Shown here: positions 14,286-26,643 of the stretch, piece after piece
Layout: the number at the start of each line of letters is the position of its first letter
Numbering within the stretch: the first letter of the stretch is position 1
NCBI GenBank assembly: GCA_951406725.2
Contig: OX597816.1
Location: forward strand, 129,952,001-130,016,000
Direction of reading: 5' to 3'
DNA from: Octopus vulgaris
Lineage: Eukaryota
Length of the DNA: 64,000 bases
Translations under genes and position numbers: made by a program
The notes under the pieces: model-generated
Databases searched by the model: none
What the model was told of the DNA's origin: nothing
Seen by the model: only the letters and a program-made list of their open reading frames with translations

Positions 14286-16160
14286 CATGAAGGTTTCTTT
14301 CTCAGAGTTTGTCAAATCCAGTCTTCACATGCATAGGTAGGTAAGTCCTAATATGCTAATTAACCCACAGCTGAAACCCTGATAGGTGCTACTGTTCTGA
14401 GTCAGAGAAGACCTGGAAACAATAGTGACTAAGAGGTGGTTCAACACTCCTTAAAACCCTGAAACTCCCAAACCAGTATCTAACTACCAGATGCTGCTTA
14501 AAGTTATCCCCAAGATTTATGCATACATATATAAACATGTGGCAGTGTGGTAAGAAGCTTGCTTCTCAACCAGATGGCTCTGGGCTCGGTCCCACCACAT
14601 GACACCTTGAGCAAGTGTCTTTTATTAGAGCCTTAGGCCAACCAAAGTATTGTGGCTGGATTTTGTTGACGGAAACTGAAAGAAACTCATCGTATCAGTA
14701 TATATATATCTGTGTGTGTGTGTGTGTGTGTGTGTGTTTATGTCTGTGTTTGTCCTCTACCATCACTTGACAACCAATGTTGGTGTGTTTATGTCCCCAT
14801 AACTTATCAGTTTGGCAAAACAGACTGATAGAATAAGTACCAGGCTTAACAAAAAAATAAGTATTAGGGTTGATTAATTTGACTAAAAATTCTTCAAGGT
14901 ATTGCCCCAGCATGACCGCAGTCTAATGACTGAAACAAGTAAAGTAACTGGATCACTGTTGGTTTCAATAATGAATATCTTAATAATTCAATCAACTGAA
15001 CTATCTGCCCCATGCATTAGTATGGAAATGGTTGTGTATTCCACAGACTCATATATCTTAACATAATCTAGCATGGTATCATATGTGACAAAGCTGGGCC
15101 TTTGAATTACAGTGAAAATCCAGCTGATGGGCTTCTAAACACTTTTTATCTACACAATTCCACTCACAAGTTTTAGGTAAACCTAGGGATATGTCAAATA
15201 ACACACATCCATGATGCCATGTAGTAGGATGAAGCCTAGAACCACATGATTGCAAAAGTAGCTTTTTAACTATTTGGCCATGCTACAAACACACACACTG
15301 ATAATCATACACATGCTCATGTGTGTACATGCAAACAGCTCTCATCAAACAAATTAGAATAAAACAATGGAAAAGATTTCAACCCTTTTTTGTTTCATCC
15401 AAAAAGAAATGAAAACAGAAAAATTCAATGACATATTCTAATAGATAAATAACGACCTCATATTTTGCCACAAAGCCACCAGTTTTCAAGGTGATGGGGA
15501 AGAGACTTGATGTAATTGATCCCAGTACTTGACTGGTACTTATCTTATCAAGCCTGAAAGGATGAAAAGCAAAGTCAACTTCACCAGAGTTCAGAATGTA
15601 AATATGGATGAAATGTCACTAAGCCCTTGTCCAGCATGCTAATGGTTCTACCAGCTTGCTGCCTTTAAAAGAAAAAAAATTGTAATAAATAATGTTTTTA
15701 GTAGAATCTATGTCAAGCTCTAATAAGCAATATTTATTATAAACTGTGAAGCAAACTCAAAATGTGTCATAACCTACACTGTGTATTTAAAAAAATATAA
15801 TAATGAGTTTAAACTAGACTATGAAACTGTAATTCTTGAAATCTTCAAGATAACTAGAATATAAAAATATTTCATGAATGGCAGTGAATAACACAGGGAA
15901 GTTAGTATGTCAGCAGAGTTAGCTATCTTCTGTTTACATCTTGAATAATTTGGAGGTGTCTAAGAACAGTTAATATCTTATGTTTTAGTAGCTAACATAT
16001 TTATTTTTTTAGCTTAATTATATTGTAGCATATTTTACTCGGTGGTTAGATGAAATGATATAAATCTGATTTTTAAAAAATAATAGCTGTGAGGTTAAGG
16101 TACAGGATTTTAACACTTTTATTTCCACATTTCAATTGAAATAAACTACTTTCGTTTCAG

Positions 16161-16381
16161 TTAACCCTTTCTTTACTGTATTTATTTTGAGATGCTGTGT
16201 TTCTTCCAATTATTTAAAATATAACAAAGAATTTAGTAAAATAACATCGTTATCATTAAGCTAGTGTTAGGAACATAAATTGTGACTAAGGTTTGGTGGA
16301 AGATTTGAATTCAAAACTTATAAAAACAAGACACTAAAGAGCCAGAGCCAGTTTCAGCCGGGTTGGTAACGAAAAGGTTAA
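16161..16381. mobile_element. piggyBac-like MITE, nested in a related copy
   Basis: TTAA at both ends; TIR CCCTTTCTTTAC / GTAACGAAAAGG. Confidence 0.65.
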
Positions 16382-16549
16382 TTTTCAAAATACTGAAGAA
16401 TTTCTTAACATTTTGGTGTTTGGAATATAAATGAACATGAAATTTTGATTGGAGGATTTAATTTAGATCATTTTAAAACAGAAAGTTTATATTATATAAC
16501 AAGAAGTGGCCTAAAAAATAGTTAAACCACATTGTCATATGTTTAAGCT

Positions 16550-16815
16550 TCACATTGAGCATTAAATAGTGCTCCAACAAGTTTATGGTCAAGCCTATAG
16601 CAGTAGAAACATCCAGCATTCTTGGCTCCCAGACCATATCTCTACTCACCACTATCTGGGTGGAGATGGTTGTCCACAAGTGTGAGCCCCATGAGTCAGA
16701 AAGGCTGTTCCAGCACATCTCCCTCACCATCCACCAGGGCATCACCTTTTCCTTTTTGTCTGCTGGGGCCATGAGGCAGTCTGACTTACAGGAAATTATA
16801 TATTCCACTCCTTAA
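16550..16815 (+). mobile_element. CRE-like non-LTR retrotransposon 3' fragment (restriction-like endonuclease)
   Basis: PIAVETSSILG...ESERLFQHISLTIHQG resembles the CRE-clade PxAVETxG...FLxQRISxAIQRGN terminus. Confidence 0.65.
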
Positions 16816-17117
16816 TGTAATGTTTCCACATCCATATTCTCACAATTCCATTTATGGTGAGTGAGAAATTGTGTGGCCAATCCTTAAGTTATTTCTTGTT
16901 TTGCCTTTATATCAAATTTTTAAAATAATCTTTGAATAATCAATTTTATCCGGACTTTTTACAAACCCCTAAACAATGTAAACTCTGGGCTTCATTCAGC
17001 CAAGCTAATAAGTAATTTCATTCCCACTTCTATGGGTGAGTGGTTAGCACTAGGAAATGTATCTCACTGTAAAAACAGTTACCTCAATATGTCCAAACTT
17101 CCAAAAATAGGTAAGAA

Positions 17118-17162
<45 letters not shown>

Positions 17163-18012
17163 AAAGAGAGAGAGGGATTTAGAAAAAAAAATTTCTCCTT
17201 GCATTTTGTACAATATTTGATGTTAAACTATTTTTTATGCTGTCTGTTAACTCTGTTCATTTAACCAATCAAATAAGTAAGCAAGAATTATTAGGTTTTA
17301 AACTGATAATTTTGTAAGTAAAATTTCAGTGAAGTTATTGGGGAGATTTATAGTGCAGAATATGGCAACAGTTGTGACCCATAGTTTTTCAGTTAACGTT
17401 ATAGCTCTTCTTGCAATGAATACTGTAGTTCTTCAAAAAGGGTTAAGATTCTTTTCATTGACTTATTTTATAGGAAATTATATTTAGAAAATACAAATGC
17501 TTTAAAATTTTAAAATAAAGCAATTTAAAATTTAAAAAAAGACTATAATTCAAATATTATCAACTTGGAAATTAGCTTCAACTAACTACTGAAAGAATAA
17601 TAGTTTAAGACATTCAGCGTTTAAAGATAGAAAGTCAGCTCTTACACATTTAGATGGTTGAAGTAAAAGTCCAGCATCTTGAACAAAATTAGTTGCTTTG
17701 AGGGGATCAGAGGAAAAATCCCAGCTGTGTCAACGGCATAGCAGCAACACATGATTATTAAAGTGAACTTTCCCATTACCCCAGTCAGTTCTTCTTTGAT
17801 GTCATACATTTTATATATACACTGATGTAGATACAGATGGATTTTTGTTTATATAAGAGATAAAAAGTAATATCACTTTGTAGTAAAAGTTTTTTGATAA
17901 ATACACTGGAAGTAGAGAGTTTCTCATGTCTTCTACATATTTATAGTAGACGTATTTATAGACTGGAGAAGAAACATTCGAATATTGAAGAATTTCAGTT
18001 AAATTAACAACA

Positions 18013-20030
18013 CAGGAGTTGGACAAAAATAATGGAAATACCACTTTTATTTAGCTATTTTTCCAATTGGCAATATGACTAATTCAGAACTGTTCTAGTC
18101 TTTTTATATGTGTTCATATGCTATATGTATGCCTTGTACTTCATGATATAGCCCTCTGGTTTTCCCTTTTTGCAGATATTTATATTTAAATATTAGGTCG
18201 TCAAGTATGAAATTTGTAGTAAGGTATATGGTAAACTTTGACAGATACACATTTTGTGCCATTATTATATTTTGACAATCTTTATTTTTTGTTAGAAAGC
18301 TGATACATTTATTTCTTTATTCTCATTTTGCGCTTTATTAAGTATTTATAAATCATTTTTTGCTATTTTTGTTTAGAGATAGATAAATCAGGAATTCGTG
18401 CAGTTTTGAAATTTGAGTTCTTTCTTGGAAATACAGCATCACAGACACCTCGGAATATTAATGGAGTATTTCATTCTAATGTTGTTACACAGCAGACAGT
18501 ATCAAATTGGTTTGCAAAATTTCGTTCTGGCAACTTTGACCTCACAAATGAGCAACGCGGTCAACCAGAAACAAAGGTGGAAAATGACAAACTGAAAGCT
18601 ATTGTCGAGTCAGATCCATCTCAAAGTGCCTGTGAATTATCGTTGTTGTTTGGTGTTAGCAAGCAAACAATACTGACTCACCTACTTCAAATTGGTAAAA
18701 TGAAAAAGTTGGATAAGTGGGTTCTATATGAACACAAGGAAAATCAGAAACAGCAACGTTTAGAAGCCTGCATTATGCTACTTTCTCGTCACAAAAATGA
18801 ATCATTTTGGAATTAAATTGTAACATGATAAGAAATGGATCCAATACAACTGTAAACGTTCAGTACAATGGTTGGACAAAGACAAGCCACCAAAACACAG
18901 TCTAAAAAGCAAAATTCATCAAAAGAAGCTGATGGTGTGTTTGGTGGTCTGGCGCAGGTGTGATCCATTATGATTTCATTAAACCTGGCTCATCAATCAT
19001 GGCCAAAGTATACTACAGCCAACTGGACCAAATGATGCAGAAACTTACAAAAAAAAAAGCAGCCTAGATTAGTCAACAGATCCACTCCTATTTTATTGCA
19101 AGACAATGCCAGACCACATATCGTAAAAATGACATTGGCGAAACAACAGGAGTTGAAATTGGAAGTTCTCCATCATCTATCATACTCACCTGATCTTGCC
19201 TCCACTGACTAATTTGGATAACTTTTTGATAGGAAAAAATTTGATTCTGATGATGCTATAAAACAGGCCTTCTAAGATTTTATTGACTCTAGATTGCCAG
19301 GCTTTTACAGTTCTGGGCTGGACAAGCTACCACTGAAATGGCAAAAGTGTATTGACAACATGGGTGCATACTTTGATGAATAAAACTATTTGTATTTATA
19401 AAACATTAGCAAACATTTTTTTCTACAAATTTCATACTTGACGACCTGATAAGTCAAAATACAAGACCAATCTGATTTCCAAAGAGGACAGATTGTTGGA
19501 ATGCAGGTGGCTAGAGCTTCAGTCATGAAAATTGCTGGATTGTTTTATGTTTTGAGAGATCCAGTCTCTAAAACAATGTTGGTAGTGCAGATCCAAGGTA
19601 AAACCACCACTGGCAAGCATAATTCTGGATGGAAGACAAACTTTACGGAGAGGTACACAGAATAATGAAACATATTGTTTAAAAACTATCAAACTGTAGC
19701 ATCAAAAGTGACAGCAGAACTGAACCATTTTACCAGTGCTGTGTCACACAAAACTGTCCATTGTGAACTCAATAAAGGTGGCTATCATGGGAGGGCTGTA
19801 ATTGCTAAATCTCTGTTGTCCTCCATCAAAATTCATAGGTAGAACAAATGGTAACCAGGCTATCAGAAGTGGTCAATAGCTCAATGGAATCACCATTCAC
19901 CATTTATCCCAGCTCAGGGAAAGTTTATGTCAGGAAACAGCCCAAAGAAATCTTCAATTCTGATTATGTGGTCCCCTACCATGATGCATGGAGGTGGCCC
20001 TGTGACGATTTGGGCAGTCATATCACAGAA
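18013..20030 (+). mobile_element. Tc1-family transposon remnant, 3'-truncated, interrupted by a mariner
   Basis: Left end CAGGAGTTGGACAAAAATAATGGAAATACC; transposase remnants SDFQRGQIVG, KVTAELN, KTVHCELNK, GRAVIAK and GKVYVRKQPKE at 19470-20020. Confidence 0.85.
18193..19449 (+). mobile_element. Full-length mariner element (Hsmar1/cecropia-like), transposase pseudogene
   Basis: 27-bp TIRs (26/27 match), TA target duplication, 1257 bp. Motifs WFAKFRSG, KKLDKWV, QDNARPH, YSPDLA; in-frame stop at 18814-18816 and frameshifts. Confidence 0.95.
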
Positions 20031-20189
20031 TCCTCTCTCTCTCTATATATATATAAAATTATAGTTAAGAGCATCTAAAAGATACCATCATGCTAGATAT
20101 AGCAGTCAAAACTTGACTCTAAAGCCACATCAAATATTCATACAGCACCAGAAGAGAAGACAAAGGGACAAAATAAACTAGCAAAAATA

Positions 20190-20540
20190 TTATTGGATAA
20201 TTCCTACATCGGAAGCACATGAAAACTGCATGTATACATTAAGGAACACATTCAGGCAGATACTTCCATGAAGAAACATCCACAGAAATGCTAGACCTGG
20301 GAGTTCACAGTGCACATCAAGGCAACACAGCAAAACAGGGGCAACCTTAGAATCTCTGAGGCTATCCTCATACACCAAAAGAAACCCAAGATCAATAATA
20401 TAAAGGAGTTACAGGAAGCTAGCTGGTTGCTATAGCAACACCCTTCTGTGCATGTCCACTCCACACTGCACATCGGCAACATTCGACAATATCTTGAAAA
20501 TGGAGTCATAACCCCGAAATAGTGAATACAAGGTAAGTCT
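20190..20540 (+). mobile_element. Penelope-like element 3' fragment: GIY-YIG endonuclease remnant plus decayed hammerhead core
   Basis: YIGST*KLHVYIKEH...KH...LRISEAILIHQKKPKIN; then TTGAAAA (20494-20500) ... GAAA (20516-20519). Confidence 0.8.
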
Positions 20541-21748
20541 ACATTAATTCACATATTTGATTTCTTGTGATTTACCGTGCATTTACTTCGCATTGTTTTG
20601 GCCTTACCCGCTATCTTTTATACAATATTTTCTACACAATGCTTCACAGTAATTATTCCTTATACATATTCCCGAGAAAGTGGGGCTTATCCCTTGGTTC
20701 TGTTCTCATAACTGTTTCGCTAATCCAATAACAACAATACAGATATGTAGCCCTTAAAGCGGTTTTTGTGCATTTACAGAGAATACTGAACTATCTTACA
20801 CAGGATCTTGTTTTTAGGAATTCACAATAAGTTATGAATATCCAAATTGTGAAATCAATTATTTAACAACATGAAATTAGTTACCCAATAGTAAGAATTC
20901 AAATAAAGTAGCCCAAAAAGAGCTTTAATGCATTCCCAGAGTATCTAGAACATAGAGGAAATACTAACAAGGTATGTATACTAAAATCGTGAAGCATGTT
21001 ATGTAATAATAGGCTAATCAAATATGAGATAATAACAATTTAAAGTAAATAACTCTGAAAAGGGCTTTTTGCACTCACAGAGAATATTATCCTTGGGGGC
21101 ACTAGTATTGGTATATTCGTGAATAAGTCACTAACCAAAATAAGTGGATGTATTGTTTAGGAAAATACTATTTACTTGTTTAAGGGTTGCACTGGATAAA
21201 TTGCAAAAATAGCTCTAACAGTTCAAATACTAAGAGATAAGCATATTCAATTTGATTTATACCAAATAACTTAGGAAAATGAATGGGTTATTTCCCTTAG
21301 CTATATATAAGGATCCCTTCCAGGAGCAAATGAGTTATTTCCCTTGGTTTTTAAAATAAAATATATTAGATATATATAAGGATCCCTTCCAGGGGCCCTA
21401 TTATCGATATTTTTCAATAATCTGAGTATGCCATGAGGTTTCCAGGCATGAGTTCTACTCATGTGTCAAATTTCATCAAAATCGATAAAACGATGTAGAA
21501 GGAGTTAGCTAACAACTCCACAAACACACCCACAAACAGAATTTCCCACATATGTAATATATATATATATACATATAGAGAAGGAACTATTCAGATATGA
21601 ACATTCATAAAGATATTATTATTGTTAATATAATCTGTGGTAAATATAAGATATTGATAATAATAACAGCAATAATATAGGTGGTTACAGGTATTGAATA
21701 GCATCAAGTAGCTATAAAATTAAAATTAGCATTAAGTATAAGGATGTC

Positions 21749-21991
21749 CTGGGCATCTAACCTGTTTAGAAATAGGAATCAATACCCCAATAAACCACCA
21801 ATGACACTGAAAATATGACAGAGAACAACAGTAAGCGGGTGAATGGTTAAGAATTAAAAACATACCATTAAAGATAATGGCATAATTCTTTAACCGTTTG
21901 CCTGATTATTGTTGTTCTCTGTCATATTTTCAGTGTTAATGGTGGTTTATTGGGGTTTTGACTCCTACTTCTAAACAGGTTAGATGCCCAG
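21749..21991. repeat. Long inverted repeat (about 108-bp arms, 26-nt spacer)
   Basis: 21749-21856 is complementary to 21883-21991. Confidence 0.9.
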
Positions 21992-22677
21992 TCTGTCCTT
22001 TTGCTTAGTCCCTCTTTGCTTCTCATTTACCTCTACTATATCTCACTTCTAGTCTTACACTAATTATTTCCTCTGGTCTTTTCTTCCCAGAATATCAACT
22101 GTAATTCCCTCCTTGACAATGATTTTCTTAAAGACATCAAAACTTACAGACATTCAATCTTAATGCAATGCAAACCACATCAGTTTTACCAGTCTCGGAG
22201 AGGTTGCAAAGGTCATAAGTATAGCTCCTTTAACTTGACCAAAAACAAAAGAAAAAGACTACACCACCCAATCCGCTTTTCCCCTCATACAGTATAAGAT
22301 ATATACCTGAAAGAGAGATTTATTTGCTATATCAAGCAGGCCACACATTCTTTCTTTGGCTCATATTTTACATTGATTGTGAGCAGCTAAACTGACTAAA
22401 ACTCAAGAAAATATTATGCACAAGATTAGAGAGTAATCTCCTCACAGACTAAGACCAACTCTCAGTATTTTAGTGACTATCCTTTAAAGGTTCTGCTAGT
22501 TTAATAAAAATCATCTTTTGTTGTATCACAGAAATAAGTTTCCAAAACCAATTCATATTGATCAGCAACTTTTCTTATAGATATTTTCATGTATGTGCGT
22601 GTGTGTATAGATATATAGATATAGGTAGATAGACAGATAGATATGTGTGTATTCATACACACACACACACACATAAT

Positions 22678-22904
22678 CATCATCATCATCATCGTTTATC
22701 ATCCGTTTTCCATGCTGGCATGGATTGGACAATTTGACTAGGATCTGGGAAGCTAGGAGGCTGCACTAGGTTCCAATCTGATTTAAAACACTGCCAGATC
22801 AGATTGGAGCCTGGTGCAGCCTCCTGGCTTCCCAGACCCCAGTCAAACTAGCCAACCCATGCCAGCATGGAAAACAGCCGTTAAACGATGACGATGATGA
22901 TGAT
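22678..22904. repeat. Foldback of two head-to-head copies of an abundant RTE-tail repeat
   Basis: Arms of about 105 bp ending in (CAT)n/(ATG)n; 15-nt spacer at 22783-22797. Confidence 0.9.
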
Positions 22905-23631
22905 GTATGTGTGTATGTATGTGCATGTTACACACACACACACACACACACATATACATAAATATATGCACACACACACACACACACATATACATATTCT
23001 CACTTGAACTCTCCTTGTCACTAATGTTGTCCAAGAGAAAAGTATGATAAAAAGTAAAGTTCAGACACTAAAAGGCATCCTGTCCAACACCCTTACAATT
23101 CTGCTGAACCATTACTTTAGACAAGTACTTTACTTTATCAACCCTGAATTTCCAAGGTGAACTGCAGCGGGACTCAACCTAAAACAACATGGCTGGAAAG
23201 CAAACTTCTTATCAACACAGCTATGCCTGCACTTAAAATCCAGCAATACCTCCCGCATCCAATAAGTTAAATAAAAATTGTGTTCAAGGGAAACCACCTC
23301 ATCTACAGATGAGCCAACAAAGACTTTCACTATGCAGTCATTTGGCAGCAAGAAATAGCAACTAAATCTCCCTCAAATCCCCTCTTACATATTTTAAAAA
23401 TGGAATGATATATTAGACAAAGTAGAGATGCAAAACAGACAGAATGGTCACTGATAGAACACTTTCAGTCAAAAGTCTACTTAATCAGGATTAAACAATA
23501 ACTAATCTCATTAATAAATCATTAATAACTCTTTGAATCATTTTAAGTTGTTAATATAATATTTAATTGGTCATTTAAGAGAATATCCTCTCTCAGAAAA
23601 ACAATGATCATAACAACAGCTTTGATTGTTC

Positions 23632-23703
23632 TCAAATAACATTAATTTCTCCTATAATGTTGACAACTCTGTTTTTGTATTTCTTGGACACTTCACCTTC
23701 AAT
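23632..23703 (-). CDS. CDK5RAP3: CDK5RAP3 last coding exon (IEGEVSKKYKNRVVNIIGEINVI*)
   Basis: CAG acceptor, TGA at 23634-23632; candidate ATTAAA poly(A) signal at 23567-23562. Confidence 0.94.
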   Translation of the reverse strand: MEGEVSKKYKNRVVNIIGEINVI

Positions 23704-26598
23704 CTGAAAAGAAAAGAAAACATATTTAGTATTTTCTCTCATCTCTAAAATAATTTCATCTTCATAACAAAAAGAATATGTTCAGAAACTGTTATTCATT
23801 TTATTAACTTGAATTTATCTTTGACTTTCACATATGGTGTAAATTTGGAGTTTTAATAACATTGTTAATTTATTTTTCCATGCTGGTATGTGTTGGACAA
23901 GAATTATTGAAGCAGTATCCTATGGCTGGGCATCCTTACTGTTGCTAATCTTACCCATATTTCAAGTTAGGTACTTTTATTTGACTTGTCTTCACATACT
24001 GAAACAGCCAAACATCGTCACTACCCAAATGGTGTCATGTGAAGACACGCAAAAATGAACATGCACACACACATACATGCATGTGTTTTTTTGTTTTGTT
24101 TTTTAATTAATTTGTCCCAAACAAGGCTTGCAACCACTATAGCTTAAGGGACTACAAAACAAACAAAAGATACAAGAAAAAAAAAGAAGAGGCCTACATA
24201 TTCAAAAGATGTTGATCAATAGAAAGCTTAAAGAAATGAATATCATAGGGCTGAAGAAAATAAAACAATGGTAGTAAGTTCCAGAGAACAGTAGTTGGAG
24301 GAAAGAAGCTATTAGAATTAAAGGAATTATGTTTAATAGGAAACCTGATAAAGAAATGATATGACTGGAAGGTGGTGAGCTGGCAGAAACGTTGACATGC
24401 TGGGTGAAATGCTTAGCAGTATTTCGTCTGCCGTTATGTTCTGAGTTTGAATTCTGCCGAGGTCGACTTTGCCTTTCATCCTTTCAGGGTCAATAAATTA
24501 AGTACCAGTTATGAACTGGGGTCGATATAATCGACTTAATCCCTTTGTCTGTCCTTGTTTGTCCCCCTCTATGTTTAGCCTCTTGTGGGCAATAAAGAAA
24601 TAAGAAATATGACTGGAAAGTAACAAGAGGCAGGTAACAAGTTTAAAGGTCCTGACAGAGGGTACCAGGTGAGAAATACCATCAGAGCAATGATCACTGA
24701 AATACTTATAGAAAAGATACAACAAAGATACATTTCGATGATGAGCCAAAGACTCCAACCTAGCAAAAAGAAGAGGACTGACCATGTTAACAACACAATT
24801 CTGATTTTGATCAAGCAAGTTATTAAGGTTACCAGAGGAGGCACCAGCCCAAAAATGACAGTAATATTCAATGTAAGGTTGAATGGTGGCCTTATAGGGA
24901 TTCAAGCTATTTTCAGGCATTAGAAATTTGTGAGCATGGAAAAAAGATCCAACCTTCTTAGCAGATGACATGGCAATAAGCTGAACATATTTGTTCCAAA
25001 AGAGATCCTTAGTCCAGGTCAAACCAAGAAGTCAGACACTATAGCTTTCTGCAAGATCAACCCTCTCCATAGCAACAAACACACACACACACACACACAC
25101 TACATCACATATATAACAGGTTTCAGTACAGTTTCCATTTACCAATTTTTACTCCCAAAATATTGGTCAGTCCAAGGAGGCTATAGTAGAAGACACTTAC
25201 TCAAGGCGACATACAGTGGGATAGACCTTAAACCATGTGGTTATGAAGTAAACTTTGTTACCAATAGCCATGCCTGTGTAATGTATGTAGATGATATAAG
25301 CTGCATATATAAACTGTATACTAATATTCTAATCCTTACCTGTTTTTTAAGCTCTTTTGTTTCACTCCGTAAGGCATCAAGTTTTGGTTGTAGCTCTCCT
25401 TCTTCTCTTTGAGCTTCTTGTCTTCTCCTTGCCATTTCCTTTTCTTGAAAGACCATCTTATCTGCCAGAATCAGGTTTTGTCGTAAACTCTCTTCCAATC
25501 TTTCAACATACCTGAAAAATAATGAAACATTGTTTATTCCTCAGCTACTTTTATAAACTTAGACTAAATATAACGAGTACTGTTGGAAGAATGATTGACA
25601 CAGGGATAAGCTGGCACTATCAAAGATCAAGTAGAGCAGGAAGTAAAAACACTAAGCACATAAAAGTGACAAGAGCCTAAGAGGTGGAATATTGGTGTAA
25701 TAATCCAATCTATATCCCAATTTATATGAATGTAAGGCAATGAGGTGGCAGAATCATTAGCATGCTGGGTGAAATGCTTAGCGGCATTTCATCTATCTTC
25801 ATTTCAGTTCAGATTCCGCTGATGTCAACTTTGCCTTTCATGCTTTCAGGATTGATAAAATAAATACCTTGTTGAGTACCAGGGTTGATGTAATTGACTT
25901 GCTCCCACATTAAAAAATGCCGGCCTTGTGCCAAAACTTGAAATTAATTTATATGAACAGGTGAATGAGAATAAAAATAGATATACTTCCTATTTCACAG
26001 TTGTACAACTTCCACCAATATAACAAGATGAAGATGATATCTGGATTGTGTAATCAAAATCTTTTAGGATATTCTCTAAAACCTAGAAACATTTTCTCCA
26101 TATATATTCCACTGTTCCTGACTTGTTTTTTTTTCTAATTAAAGATTATCAATGTCCTTCAATTTTGACACTAACTCCACACTCTTATACAACAAACACA
26201 TGATATTATAACTATATTTTTGTTGATTGAATTTCTTAGATAATTTTTACCTTGCTGAAGTTTCTGTGACATACAGAACTACAGAATATTGTCCTGATAT
26301 TTACACCATACACAAATTTTTTTCACCATCTTAAGCAGAACCTATTATGTAACATCACAACGACGATTTTACATAAGGTAGATAACTCTACCATATGTCG
26401 AATTGTCTCTATTTACTTTTTCACTTGAGAGCAGATAGAGTTTTCAGGTAATATGGTGAATATTTTATTCTAAAGAAATACCTTTTAGGTGAAATGAATC
26501 TTTGTCGTTAGCTAACTTAATATATGGTTTTAGCATCTAATTATAGGAAACTAACAGAGATAAAAATACAAATTTCAAGATTAAAGTTTGATTAAATA

Positions 26599-26643
<45 letters not shown>

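Noticed and set aside
17641-17810. About 55-codon minus-strand ORF with a GTAAG donor-like site
   Set aside because: No recognisable homology and no partner exons.
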